This document shows positions 47,304 to 57,864 of a DNA stretch of 64,000 nt, piece after piece (the stretch's first letter is position 1; each line of letters begins with the position of its first letter). The stretch spans positions 800,001-864,000 of the forward strand of contig OZ244252.1 in assembly GCA_965217185.1 (NCBI GenBank), in the 5' to 3' direction. This DNA comes from an uncultured Candidatus Entotheonella sp. (GTDB lineage Bacteria; Tectomicrobia; Entotheonellia; Entotheonellales; Entotheonellaceae). The notes under the pieces are model-generated. The model was not told the origin of the DNA, ran no database searches, and worked only from the letters and a program-made list of their open reading frames with translations. The position numbers and the translations under genes were made by a program.

Positions 47304-48227
47304 ATGTCTTCTTCCCTCCGCGAGAAGGGATCAGCATTATTTGAACATCATCTCGATAGATTGCAGCAATATCTGATCGTCGAGAAAGGTCTTTCGCGAA
47401 ACACTCTCGCTGCCTATCTCTCGGATTTACAACGTTTCGAGGATTTCGTTCAGCAAGAATGCCTCCCTGCCTTCCAGGATCTCACGCCTGACCACATCAC
47501 TGGTTATCTTGCAAAGCGCCGACAGCAAGGGGTTGTCGCGCGCACCTTGGCGCGCGAACTGGTTTCCATCAAAACGCTGTATCGCTTCCTCCGAGAGGAG
47601 GGGACCTTGGCGATTGATCCCACCGAGCAAATCTCCACGCCGCAGCAAAGACAAGTTCTCCCTGACGTGCTCAGCCTGGATGAAGTCGAACAACTCCTCG
47701 AGGCGCCTGATACGGACAGGCCTTTGGGCAAGCGCGACGCCGCAATGCTCGAAGTTCTCTACGCTGCCGGCTTGCGGGTTAGTGAATTGGTGGAATTGAG
47801 TCTTGGGGATGTACATGCCACAACCGGTTGCATCAAGGTGCGCGGCAAGGGTGGAAAAGAACGCTTGGTGCCCATGGGAGAGGTGGCGGCAGGGCGAGTG
47901 GAGGATTATGTGTTGACAGGACGCTCCGAGCTCGCCAAGGGCCGCCAAGCCGCGGCCCTTTTCATCAACCGTTCTGCCCGCGGGTTGACCCGGCAGGCGT
48001 TATGGAAGATCGTGAAAAAGTACGTGCAGCAGGTGGCGATTCATAAATCCATAAGCCCTCATACCCTGCGCCATTCCTTCGCAACGCATCTCCTTGCAGG
48101 TGGAGCCGACCTGCGTTCACTTCAGCATATGCTGGGTCATGTCGATATTTCGACCACCCAGATTTATACCCATGTTGTGCAACAGCGCCTGCGGGCAGTC
48201 TATACGGAGCATCATCCCCGTCCATAG
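47304..48227 (+). CDS. xerD: Tyrosine recombinase XerD
   Basis: EKGLSRNTLAAYLSDL, RDAAMLEVLYAAGLRVSEL, GKGGKERLVP, HTLRHSFATHLL, LGHVDISTTQIYT. Confidence 0.92.
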   Translation: MSSSLREKGSALFEHHLDRLQQYLIVEKGLSRNTLAAYLSDLQRFEDFVQQECLPAFQDLTPDHITGYLAKRRQQGVVARTLARELVSIKTLYRFLREEGTLAIDPTEQISTPQQRQVLPDVLSLDEVEQLLEAPDTDRPLGKRDAAMLEVLYAAGLRVSELVELSLGDVHATTGCIKVRGKGGKERLVPMGEVAAGRVEDYVLTGRSELAKGRQAAALFINRSARGLTRQALWKIVKKYVQQVAIHKSISPHTLRHSFATHLLAGGADLRSLQHMLGHVDISTTQIYTHVVQQRLRAVYTEHHPRP

Positions 48228-48237
48228 GATCAGGCGT

Positions 48238-50940
48238 ATGGCAACTTCCACCACCGCGTACGACATGCAAGGGGAGCCGCATTCCTTTGCACCGCTTTTG
48301 GATCGCGGTTTTGAGCGACCGCAGTTTCTGCAAGGCTTGAAAGCGTTGACCGCCGCCGCAAATGAGCGCATCCGTCAGCAGCACGATGCCGGGGCGCGGG
48401 GCCGGAATGTCGTGCGCCACCATACGGCCTTGGTTGATGATGTGGTGCGCACCGTTTTTCAATACGTTGTTAGCCATTATTCCAGTCCGATGGAACCCTG
48501 CGCGCTCTTAGCCCTGGGGGGGTATGGCCGTGGGGAGATGAACCCTTATTCGGACATCGATCTGATGTTCCTCTGCCACAAAACGCCGCCTGAGGATGTA
48601 GTGCGAGAAACGCTCTATTTGCTTTGGGACACCGGGTACACCCTGGGCCACAGCGTACGAACTCGGCGCGACGTGATTAAAATGGCGGATGTGGACTTGA
48701 CCGCCCAGACGGCGATGCGCGAAGCTCGTTTCCTTGAAGGCGATTCCCAGTTGTATCGCTGGTTTGAAGAGGAAATTCACCACAAGCGTTTCACCCCGCG
48801 CAGGCGGCGTAGTTTCATACAGCGCAAGATCGTGGAGTGTCGTGAGCGCCACGCGACCTTCTCCAATACTGTCAATGTGATGGAACCTAACGTCAAGGAG
48901 AGCCCAGGAGGGTTGCGCGATTATCATACGGCGCGTTGGATTGCCGCGGCGTTTTACCGTGCCGAAACGCTGGCGGACTTGGAGAGCGAAGGGCTGTTAA
49001 CTCAAGAAGACCGGCAGGTGGTGGAAGCAGCGCTGGATTTTCTGTTCCGAGTTCGTAATGCCCTGCATTATCACTACGGTCGCAAGAACGACTTGCTGTC
49101 CGTAGACGTGCAGGAGACTCTGGCGGCTGCGCTGCAGTTTGAGGCAAGTGACGAGAAGTTGGCGGTCGAATACTTCCTCAAGGCTTATTACGTTCATGCC
49201 AATGTGATCGCCCATTTTTGTCAAACTGTCGTGGAAGCCGTGTCGCGCATGTATCGGCCGCGCCGCTGGTCCATCTTACGCCGTACTCGACGGGTCGGGG
49301 ATGGATTCGTTATTCGGGACGGTTACCTGGGTCATGAAGCTGCGGCCCTTGATGAGGTATTCACAGCCCAGCCGGCGCTCATGATGCAGGTCTTTGTCAA
49401 AGCGCATGACTACCGAGTACCGCTGGAGCCGGTGCTGTCCCGCACCATCAAGGCGAATGCCGGCCTGTTCGCGGATGAAACCACCCGGTGTTCATCTGAA
49501 GTGCGGGCAACTTTTTGGCGCATCTTGTCCCAGCCCCATTCAGCCTCCATTCTGCGTACGCTGCACTGGCATGGCCTGCTGAGCGCGTACATCCCGGAAT
49601 TTGCTCCCTTAACCTGTCTGCCGTCCTACGACCTGCATCATTGTTATACGGTCGACGAACACACGCTTCTCACAATTGAAAAGATCGAAAGCCTTGCAGG
49701 AACCACAGTGCCCATGCTACGGCCGTTGGCGCGGCTTTACGAGGAGACGTCCGACTCGGACAAGATATTGTTGAAGCTGGCCTTGTTGTTGCACGATCTG
49801 GGTAAGGATGTCGGGCCGGGCAAAGCCTCGCATGTGCATCGCAGCGGTGAGATTGCCGAAGAGGTATGTGAACGATTTGAATTGCCGGCTGAACAACGCC
49901 ACATCGTCCAGGTGTTGGTTGTGCATCACTTGGCGATGAATCGATTGGCTCAGCGACGGGACATCACCGACAAGAAGGTCATCGCAGAATGCGCCAGCCT
50001 TGTGGAAACGGCATCCAATCTGCAAAAGCTTTATCTACTGACGTTTGCGGATACGTCTGCGGTGGGGCCTGACGTGTGGACGGTTTGGAAGGGCACCTTA
50101 TTGGCGGAACTCTATCATCGCACCCACGACTACCTTGTTCAGCAACGTCCGGTCATCGCACCGTCCGATGATGAACTCCGCAGCCGTGCGCGTGTGGGCC
50201 TGATGGCGGCCCTGAATGGCCACGGAAGTCCTGCCGAAGTCGACTACTTCCTCGCCTCCATGCCGGCCAGGTATCTGATGGCGACGGCCCCCATCCAGAT
50301 GGCCATTCATTTGGGCATGATGAAAAAAGCCCGGCAGTTGCCCATTGTTCTCCATGCGGAACAGCACGCCTCGGCAGGATTTAGCAGCGTAACGATCTGT
50401 GCCACGGAGAGACGCGGCATCTTTTCGCTGATAGCCGGGGCCTTGAGCCACAACCGGCTGAATATCCTGGGCGCTGAGATATATACCTCACAGGACGATT
50501 TGGCCCTTGATATTCTGCATGTGGAGACGCTCGATCAAAGAGCCGTGACGGATCTGCAGGTGTGGCAGCACGTCGAAGCGGTTTTGCGTGACGCTCTCGT
50601 CGATGTGCGTCACGTTGAGCAAGTTCCCGTGCAAGGACGGCGCCCTCTCAAGAGCCAGAAGTTCGACGTATTTGTGAAGCCGCCGCATATTGTGATTCAT
50701 AACAATCACTCCGATACCCACACCATTCTCGAGTTGCAGGCTCAGGATAGCCTGGGTCTGCTTTATCGGCTCACGCGCGTCCTCTATGAACAGGATGTGG
50801 ATATTGCGTTGGCAAAGATATCTACAGAGGGGAACAGGGCGATCGACGTTTTCTATGTGACGGATGCGGATGGACGAAAGATCGTAGAGGAAACGGCGCT
50901 GGAATCCATACGACAGGCACTCTTGGCCGCCGCCGTTTGA
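48238..50940 (+). CDS. glnD: [Protein-PII] uridylyltransferase/uridylyl-removing enzyme
   Basis: ALGGYGRGE.NPYSDIDL, EPNVKESPGGLRD, YTVDEH, LLHDLGK, two C-terminal ACT domains. Confidence 0.95.
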   Translation: MATSTTAYDMQGEPHSFAPLLDRGFERPQFLQGLKALTAAANERIRQQHDAGARGRNVVRHHTALVDDVVRTVFQYVVSHYSSPMEPCALLALGGYGRGEMNPYSDIDLMFLCHKTPPEDVVRETLYLLWDTGYTLGHSVRTRRDVIKMADVDLTAQTAMREARFLEGDSQLYRWFEEEIHHKRFTPRRRRSFIQRKIVECRERHATFSNTVNVMEPNVKESPGGLRDYHTARWIAAAFYRAETLADLESEGLLTQEDRQVVEAALDFLFRVRNALHYHYGRKNDLLSVDVQETLAAALQFEASDEKLAVEYFLKAYYVHANVIAHFCQTVVEAVSRMYRPRRWSILRRTRRVGDGFVIRDGYLGHEAAALDEVFTAQPALMMQVFVKAHDYRVPLEPVLSRTIKANAGLFADETTRCSSEVRATFWRILSQPHSASILRTLHWHGLLSAYIPEFAPLTCLPSYDLHHCYTVDEHTLLTIEKIESLAGTTVPMLRPLARLYEETSDSDKILLKLALLLHDLGKDVGPGKASHVHRSGEIAEEVCERFELPAEQRHIVQVLVVHHLAMNRLAQRRDITDKKVIAECASLVETASNLQKLYLLTFADTSAVGPDVWTVWKGTLLAELYHRTHDYLVQQRPVIAPSDDELRSRARVGLMAALNGHGSPAEVDYFLASMPARYLMATAPIQMAIHLGMMKKARQLPIVLHAEQHASAGFSSVTICATERRGIFSLIAGALSHNRLNILGAEIYTSQDDLALDILHVETLDQRAVTDLQVWQHVEAVLRDALVDVRHVEQVPVQGRRPLKSQKFDVFVKPPHIVIHNNHSDTHTILELQAQDSLGLLYRLTRVLYEQDVDIALAKISTEGNRAIDVFYVTDADGRKIVEETALESIRQALLAAAV

Positions 50941-50973
50941 GATCGATACTGAGAGGAGACGTACGGCAGGCGC

Positions 50974-51981
50974 ATGGAACACATCCTTGAGTTGCCACGC
51001 GGGCGGGTGATTCCCCAGTTGTTCGGCATTCACGATGCCAATTTGCGCTATATTGAGGAACGTCTTTCCGTCGCGATCCGGGCGCACGAAAACATCGTAA
51101 CCATTGCCGGAAGTGCCACCTCGGTTGAATTAGCAGCCAAATTGCTGGAGGGGGCGTATCGCTTGTTGGAGGCCGGCATTCGGCTCGATATCGCCGACTT
51201 GGGGTTTTTGACCAGCCTCATAGAAAATGGCGAGGAGTTGAATCCGGGCACCATACGGTCTGAGCGTATCGCGATCCCGTGCAAAAAAGGTTTTGTGAGT
51301 CCGAAAAGCCTTGGACAGCGGCATTATATTCAGGCCATACGACGTCACGATATCGTGGTGGGTATCGGCCCGGCGGGAACCGGAAAAACCTACCTCGCCA
51401 TGGCGATGGCTGTGGCAGAGTTGGAGCAAAAGAGGTGCAGCCGCATCATTCTTGCGCGTCCGGCGGTGGAAGCCGGCGAGCGACTCGGATTTCTCCCCGG
51501 TGACCTGCTGGATAAGGTGAACCCCTACCTGCGGCCTCTCTACGATGCTCTGTATGACATGGTGGAATTCGATGATGCCCAGCGCCTGATCGAACGGGGG
51601 GCCATTGAGGTCGCGCCGCTGGCGTTCATGCGCGGGCGCACACTCAATGACTCCTTCATCATCCTCGACGAGGCCCAAAACGCCACGACCGAACAGATGA
51701 AAATGTTCCTGACGCGGCTGGGTTTTTATTCCAAAGCCGTCATCACCGGCGACATCACGCAGGTAGATCTGCCCAATCGCAAGGAATCGGGCCTGATCCA
51801 GATTCAGCGAATTCTGCGTGGCATTGACGGGATTGATTTCGTCTATTTTTCCGAGCGCGACGTTGTGCGTCATCCCCTCGTGCAAGAGATTATCAAGGCT
51901 TATGATCGTTACGGGAACGGGGCGGAGAAAACGGCCGAGGATCTGAGGGAGGAAACGGCGAGTTCCGTTTCGGACCGCTGA
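50974..51981 (+). CDS. phoH: PhoH family ATPase (YbeZ)
   Basis: GPAGTGKTYLA, RPAVEAGERLGFLPG, MRGRTL, LDEAQN, VVRHPLV. Confidence 0.93.
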   Translation: MEHILELPRGRVIPQLFGIHDANLRYIEERLSVAIRAHENIVTIAGSATSVELAAKLLEGAYRLLEAGIRLDIADLGFLTSLIENGEELNPGTIRSERIAIPCKKGFVSPKSLGQRHYIQAIRRHDIVVGIGPAGTGKTYLAMAMAVAELEQKRCSRIILARPAVEAGERLGFLPGDLLDKVNPYLRPLYDALYDMVEFDDAQRLIERGAIEVAPLAFMRGRTLNDSFIILDEAQNATTEQMKMFLTRLGFYSKAVITGDITQVDLPNRKESGLIQIQRILRGIDGIDFVYFSERDVVRHPLVQEIIKAYDRYGNGAEKTAEDLREETASSVSDR

Positions 51982-51987
51982 CACGTT

Positions 51988-52512
51988 ATGGCCGTATGGA
52001 TCAACAATCGCCAGCGGCGCGTGGCACTCAATACGCCGTTTGTGAAGAAACAAGCCCTGCGGATGATGGCCTACCTTGGGTGCAGTGAAAACGAACTCAG
52101 CGTAGTCTTCGTGCATGACGGGCGCATGCAGTCGTTGAATCGCGCTTACCGCAGCAAGGACCGTCCTACCAACGTGCTGGCTTTTCCACAATGCCCAACC
52201 TATGAAGGCGAGCCGCAGACCCTTTTGCTAGGGGACGTCGTCATTTCACTACCGACTGCGGCGCGTGAGGCCTTTGAACTCAACCAGACGCTTGAGGAAC
52301 GCGTCGTGTTTCTTCTTGTCCATGGCCTGCTTCACCTATTGGGCTACGACCATGAGCAGTCCGCTGCCCAACGCCGCCGCATGGAATGTCGCGAACAAGA
52401 TATTCTGTCGCACCTGAAGGACAGCCGGCATCAACGGAGCGCTGTCAGCCCCGACCCTGATCAGGACCTACCATGCCATGAACACGTCAGGCTCATCCCA
52501 CCCGCCTCATAG
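51988..52512 (+). CDS. ybeY: rRNA maturation RNase YbeY
   Basis: LNRAYRSKDRPTNVLAF, LGDVVIS, HGLLHLLGYDH. Confidence 0.95.
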   Translation: MAVWINNRQRRVALNTPFVKKQALRMMAYLGCSENELSVVFVHDGRMQSLNRAYRSKDRPTNVLAFPQCPTYEGEPQTLLLGDVVISLPTAAREAFELNQTLEERVVFLLVHGLLHLLGYDHEQSAAQRRRMECREQDILSHLKDSRHQRSAVSPDPDQDLPCHEHVRLIPPAS

Positions 52513-55165
52513 CCCTGTTGCCAATCCTCAACTCACACCCATGATGGAGCAGTATGCGCATTTGAAGGCCAAGGCCGGCGACGCGCTGCTCTTCTTTCGT
52601 ATGGGAGATTTTTACGAATTGTTTCACGACGACGCCATCATCGCCGCCAAAGCCCTCAACATCACGCTGACGTCACGCCAGAAACACCAAGATGAGCCGA
52701 TACCCATGTGTGGGGTTCCTTACCACAGCGCTGAAGGGTATCTGGATCGTTTGTTGCAGCAGGGATTGAAAGTCGCCGTTGCCGAACAGATTGAAGACCC
52801 CAGGCACGCCGAAGGCTTGGTGAAGCGCGACATTATTCGCATCATCACGCCGGGAACCATCGTTAGTACGAACTCGCTGGAGCCAAAGGTCCACAACTTT
52901 CTGGCCTGTATCGCAATTACAGTAGAGGGGGCCGGGTTCGCATTTGTCGATGTGTCCACTGGTACTTTCGCGGTTACTACATGGGCGTCCGAAGGCCTTT
53001 GGCAAGAGGCACTCAGAGGCGAATATGAGCGCGTGCAACCGAGAGAAGTTCTCATCCCGAAGCCCCTTGCGGTATCTGTCGATATCGTCGAACGTCCTTC
53101 GGATCATTTCCCCAATACGCTCCAACCGTGGGATTCGCAGCACTTCCGCGTAGACCGAGCCTACCGTCGCTTAACGCAGCACTTCTCCGTGCGCTCGCTG
53201 GAAGGCTTTGGATGCGAGGAGCAGCCACTCGCCATTGCGGCGGCCGGCGCCTTGTTGGCTTATGTTCACGAGACGCAGCAAAACAACATGGTGCACGTGC
53301 ATGGGCTGAATTATTACAACACGGGCGATTACATGGTGCTTGACAAGACCACGAGACAAAATTTGGACTTGTTGCCGTCGCCCGCCTCGCAGGGGCGCAA
53401 TGGATCCCTCTTGGAAGTCATTGACACCACGGTTACGGCTATGGGTGGGCGCCTCCTGCGTGAGTGGCTGTCGCAGCCCCTGTGCCGGTTGGAGCCCCTC
53501 CAAGAGCGACAGGATGCAGTTGCGAACATCGTCGAGCAATCCAATAGGAGGGCGCGCCTGCGTGACGCTCTGGGAGCGATCGCCGATCTTGAGCGGCTTA
53601 TGGGTCGGCTGTCGCTCGGCACGGTTAACCCACGCGAACTCGTGGCTTTACGTCGTTCTATTGAAAGACTTCCGGGTATTGAAAAGGCGTTGCAGGGTGC
53701 CGACAGCGCGCTTCTGGCCGATTTCGCGTCACGATGGGACTCCCTGGCCGACCTGGCCGTTCTGATCAAGGAGGCGCTTATTGATGATCCTCCGGCGACT
53801 TTACGGGACGGGTGGGTCATACGTTCGGATTACTGTCAGGAACTGCGAACCCTCCGGGAGGAGAGCACCTCGGGCAAAAATTGGCTGAGTGAATTTGAAG
53901 CACAAGAGCGCGAGCGCACGGGCATCTCTTCTTTGCGGGTCGGATTCAACAAGGTGTTCGGGTATTACATCGAGGTGCGCAAGACGTATCTGAGCCAGGT
54001 GCCGGATAACTACGTGCGCAAACAAACCCTGGTGAACGCCGAGCGTTTCATCGTACCGGCGCTGAAAGACCGTGAAGTGCGGATGCTGCGGGCGGCGGAA
54101 GAGGCCATCAGTCTGGAGCACCAACTGTACGATGTTTTGGTGAAACAACTGGTCGCCAACGCCAGCCGCTTGCAACAGATGGCGCAGATTGTAAGTCAGA
54201 TCGATGTGGTTGCCGCACTGGCCCACACAGCAACGATTCGACGGTACTGTCGCCCGACGCTTGATATGGGTGATGAATTGGCGATTGCGGAGGGCCGTCA
54301 CCCGGTTCTGGAGGTCGTATACCAGGAAGAGCGTTTCGTGCCTAATGACACCCTGCTAGACCGGGAGGATCAACAGATTCTGTTGCTGACGGGTCCGAAC
54401 ATGGCGGGAAAATCGACGTACATGCGTCAAGTGGCGTTGAATGTCGTGCTGGGCCAAATCGGCAGTTACGTGCCAGCGCGCAAGGCTCACATCGGCCTAG
54501 TTGACCGGATATTTACCCGTGTGGGGGCACAGGACGTATTGTCAAAAGGGCAGAGCACCTTCATGGTGGAAATGACCGAAACCGCCAACATCCTGCACAA
54601 CCTCACGGCTCGGAGTCTCATCTTGCTGGATGAAATTGGCAGGGGTACCAGCACCTATGACGGTATGAGCATCGCGTGGGCCGTCATTGAACACATCCAC
54701 AACCATCGTGACCTGCGTCCGCGAGCGCTTTTCGCCACGCATTACCATGAATTGACGAATCTGGCTGAGGGGCTTTCACGGTTGCATAATTTCAACGCTT
54801 TGGTTCAGGAAGAGGGAGAACAGATTGTCTTTCTGAGACACATCGTACCGGGAAGCGCTGATCGCAGCTATGGCATTCAGGTTGCTCGGTTGGCGGGACT
54901 CCCAGCTTCCGTCGTATGCCGGGCCAACCAATTATTGACACGCCTCGAATCGAGATCAGACTCCAGCGAATCCGCAGAGGATCACGCCCGCCCTCAGTCC
55001 GCCGCCATTCCCGCACAACAGCCCTATCGACAACCCTCACTTTTTGATGATTTTTCGACGCAACTGTTGGATGAACTGCGAACGACCGTCATAGACGAAT
55101 TGTCACCGCTGGAGGCTTTGAACAAGTTGGCGGAGTATCAACGCAGGGCTCGCCGTCTCCCATAG
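52478..55165 (+). CDS. mutS: DNA mismatch repair protein MutS
   Basis: TPMMEQY, FRMGDFYELF, TGPNMAGKSTYMRQ, STFMVEM, DEIGRGTST, FATHYHEL. Confidence 0.98.
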   Translation: MNTSGSSHPPHSPVANPQLTPMMEQYAHLKAKAGDALLFFRMGDFYELFHDDAIIAAKALNITLTSRQKHQDEPIPMCGVPYHSAEGYLDRLLQQGLKVAVAEQIEDPRHAEGLVKRDIIRIITPGTIVSTNSLEPKVHNFLACIAITVEGAGFAFVDVSTGTFAVTTWASEGLWQEALRGEYERVQPREVLIPKPLAVSVDIVERPSDHFPNTLQPWDSQHFRVDRAYRRLTQHFSVRSLEGFGCEEQPLAIAAAGALLAYVHETQQNNMVHVHGLNYYNTGDYMVLDKTTRQNLDLLPSPASQGRNGSLLEVIDTTVTAMGGRLLREWLSQPLCRLEPLQERQDAVANIVEQSNRRARLRDALGAIADLERLMGRLSLGTVNPRELVALRRSIERLPGIEKALQGADSALLADFASRWDSLADLAVLIKEALIDDPPATLRDGWVIRSDYCQELRTLREESTSGKNWLSEFEAQERERTGISSLRVGFNKVFGYYIEVRKTYLSQVPDNYVRKQTLVNAERFIVPALKDREVRMLRAAEEAISLEHQLYDVLVKQLVANASRLQQMAQIVSQIDVVAALAHTATIRRYCRPTLDMGDELAIAEGRHPVLEVVYQEERFVPNDTLLDREDQQILLLTGPNMAGKSTYMRQVALNVVLGQIGSYVPARKAHIGLVDRIFTRVGAQDVLSKGQSTFMVEMTETANILHNLTARSLILLDEIGRGTSTYDGMSIAWAVIEHIHNHRDLRPRALFATHYHELTNLAEGLSRLHNFNALVQEEGEQIVFLRHIVPGSADRSYGIQVARLAGLPASVVCRANQLLTRLESRSDSSESAEDHARPQSAAIPAQQPYRQPSLFDDFSTQLLDELRTTVIDELSPLEALNKLAEYQRRARRLP

Positions 55166-55697
55166 GCAAGGACGCATAAGGACTTCCGGTTTCTCTTGTA
55201 AGGAATTGTCTTGCCTTTTCCCCGGTGTCCGTTTAGTGTATGCACACAATGTTTCATAATGGCATCGAATTCCTGCCTTCATATCTCCCTGCAATCTATG
55301 TCTCTTAGACGAAAGAACCGAGGATCAAACAAGGCCTTGTATTGGTCACTGTTTGCGAGGGCGTGGGTTACGCGCTTGGTCAGGTGTGGGCTATTAGTCT
55401 TGGTTCTCGTAGTAGGACACAACTCTATTGCGTATCTTCGTGGTGTAGCTCCTATCTCTCCGTTGCCACGATGTTTCCCATCACGCTGTCTCTCACCGCA
55501 TTGATTACCTGGGTCGGATTAAGACCCGTAGATTGGATGGTTTTGGAGAAGCGTCGGAGAACTGTCGAATGGTGGGAAATGACTGAGGAGTTTCTGTACG
55601 ACATAAAGGAACGTTTTGAGTTCGCTTCAGCTTTCGGCTCGTATTGAATTGCCTATAGGCTCAACGAGGGCAGGGGACCTTTCTTGAGGCGAGGTGA

Positions 55698-56996
55698 ATG
55701 ACGGAAAGCGTACACATGGGAATACGTCGCGTCTTAATTGTGGATGACGACGCAAGCCTGTCGAGGGTATTAGCTGATGCACTTAAGGATGAGGGCTTTC
55801 AGGCAATTTGTAGCGTCGATGGACAGGAGGCTCTGAGGCTTGTCCACAGTTTCCACCCGGACGTGATGCTCCTTGACATCTGGCTGCCCAGCATGAACGG
55901 CATCGAAATCCTGCAAGCATTGCAGAGTACGGATGTTGCGTGCCCTGTCATCATGTTGTCAGGCTATGGCACGATTGCCATGGCCGTGAAGGCGATTCAA
56001 CTCGGGGCTTTCGATTACATTGAAAAGCCTTGTTCGCTCGATAGGCTGGTAGATAGCATTAAGCGAGCCTGCCCGCCACGCGATGTCGCAGCCATTTCCC
56101 GGTCGTCTTCCGTGACCTCTTCGCTATTGACGGACCACACCCGCTCAGTCTCACCATTTTCGGTGCACCGTCCACAGCGCACGTTGGGATGCAGTGTGGT
56201 CGGTTATGGGTTAGGGCTGCAATCCGGTGTTAAGACGGGCATTATTCTTGAGCCGATGCTGCCCGACAGCGGCATTGTCTTCAGGAACATTGCAACAGGT
56301 GAGACGTTGCCGGCCGCTATTGATTTCGTTACGTCCACCAACTTTTGCACGACGTTGCACCAAAAGGGTGTCACGGTCAGAACAATCGAGCATCTCATGT
56401 CGGCCTTGCACGCTTATGGCATTACCAATTTATTGGTCCAAGTTGGCGACGAAGTGCCCATTATGGACGGTTCAGCCACTTCCTTCTGTCAACTTATCGA
56501 GGAAGGGGGCGTTGTCGAGCAGGGGGGTGAACTGGAGGAATTCGTTGTGGACCGTTGTTATCACGTGGGCCAAATCGACCCGGCATCCAAATTCATTCTG
56601 GTTGAGCCTTACGATGGATTTAAGGTCTCCTACCGATTGCATTACCCCCAGCCGTTAGGCGTTCAAGAGTTCACGTATGAACACCGGAACGGGGCGAGTT
56701 ATCGCCTTGAGATTGCCCCGGCGCGCACATTTGCGTTTGTGCACGAGGTGGAAAAGATGCACGAGATGGGATTAATCGCCGGCGGGCGCCTGAATAATGT
56801 CATTTTGCTGGGCGACAAAAAAATCGTAAACAACGTGGAGTTGCGGTTTCCCGATGAATGTGTCCGGCATAAGGTACTCGACCTCATTGGAGATTTGTAC
56901 CTGCTTGGCAAAAGTTTGCGCGGGCACGTGCAGGCGAATATGACCGGGCACACGGAAAACGTGGCTCTGGTGAAACAGCTTTCCGATGCCCTGTGA
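55698..56996 (+). CDS. lpxC: Response-regulator receiver domain fused to UDP-3-O-acyl-GlcNAc deacetylase LpxC
   Basis: REC: VLIVDDD, DVMLLDIWLP, LSGYG, GAFDYIEKP. LpxC: QRTL, TIEHLMSAL, EVPIMDGSA, IAPARTF, HKVLDLIGDL, TGH. One continuous ORF. Confidence 0.9.
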   Translation: MTESVHMGIRRVLIVDDDASLSRVLADALKDEGFQAICSVDGQEALRLVHSFHPDVMLLDIWLPSMNGIEILQALQSTDVACPVIMLSGYGTIAMAVKAIQLGAFDYIEKPCSLDRLVDSIKRACPPRDVAAISRSSSVTSSLLTDHTRSVSPFSVHRPQRTLGCSVVGYGLGLQSGVKTGIILEPMLPDSGIVFRNIATGETLPAAIDFVTSTNFCTTLHQKGVTVRTIEHLMSALHAYGITNLLVQVGDEVPIMDGSATSFCQLIEEGGVVEQGGELEEFVVDRCYHVGQIDPASKFILVEPYDGFKVSYRLHYPQPLGVQEFTYEHRNGASYRLEIAPARTFAFVHEVEKMHEMGLIAGGRLNNVILLGDKKIVNNVELRFPDECVRHKVLDLIGDLYLLGKSLRGHVQANMTGHTENVALVKQLSDAL

Positions 56997-57027
56997 GTTG
57001 CCGGTGGCCGCCTGAGGAGAGTGCCAT

Positions 57028-57744
57028 TTGAAGGTAAGGTGCAGCGATTGGCGACATAAACAGATCAGGCAGTTACGTCTACCGATCATTGGTCTATTGG
57101 GCGTATTCATCGGCATCGTGGGGCTCATCGGCGACAGCAGTGCCCTGGAACTTGATACGTTGGTTGACAGGATTCAGGTTACTTATGACCTCATGCAAGC
57201 CTTGACTGCTAATTTTGAGCAAGTTGCGACTCTCAAATCGATCAACCGGCAACAGTTTTCGTCGGGTCGCCTGTATATTGAGAAACCTCACTGGATTCGT
57301 TGGGAATATGACAAGCCGGAAAGGCAGACCATCCTTTATGACGGTTCGGCCTTGCGCATTTACACGCCCAAGCGGCAGCAACTCTTGCAAAGTGCCGTCG
57401 ATGAGAACACCCGTTCCAATGTTGCCTTTCTCTTTCTTGCCGGAGTCGTTAAGCTCCGCGATGTTTTCGCCATAACGGCCCTGCCCGAAACCGAGACGGG
57501 GCAGATGCTGATCCGCTTGTTGCCGCGTTCGCGTTTGGCTGGTTTCACTGAGTTGCGTGCGGCAATTAACCCGCGGAATTATTTTATAGAAGGTCTATGG
57601 ATCCATGACCCGATTGGGAACCTTACTGAAATCCGTCTTTCAACGATCACCGTTCACGCAACTTTACCTGCACATACCTTCGAACTTGATCTGCCTCCAG
57701 ATACGGAAATACTCAGCCCCAGCGACTTCGCAACCCCCCAGTGA
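57028..57744 (+). CDS. lolA: Outer-membrane lipoprotein carrier LolA family protein
   Basis: Signal peptide; ANFEQ, GRLYIEKPHWIRWEYDKPERQ, YDG. Start uncertain. Confidence 0.8.
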   Translation: MKVRCSDWRHKQIRQLRLPIIGLLGVFIGIVGLIGDSSALELDTLVDRIQVTYDLMQALTANFEQVATLKSINRQQFSSGRLYIEKPHWIRWEYDKPERQTILYDGSALRIYTPKRQQLLQSAVDENTRSNVAFLFLAGVVKLRDVFAITALPETETGQMLIRLLPRSRLAGFTELRAAINPRNYFIEGLWIHDPIGNLTEIRLSTITVHATLPAHTFELDLPPDTEILSPSDFATPQ

Positions 57745-57864
57745 TGGATGAGCATCCGGCTTCGGCGGATTTGTCGAGATAAATCCATCCGAGCGGACAG
57801 GCCTTGGCATGGCAGGACGCGGCGCGCAACTTGACCGCGGGGTTTTTCGTAAAGGGACAATGCG

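Noticed and set aside
47304..48227. Tyrosine recombinase as a phage or island integrase
   Set aside because: Length and motifs match housekeeping XerD, and the neighbours are core genes.
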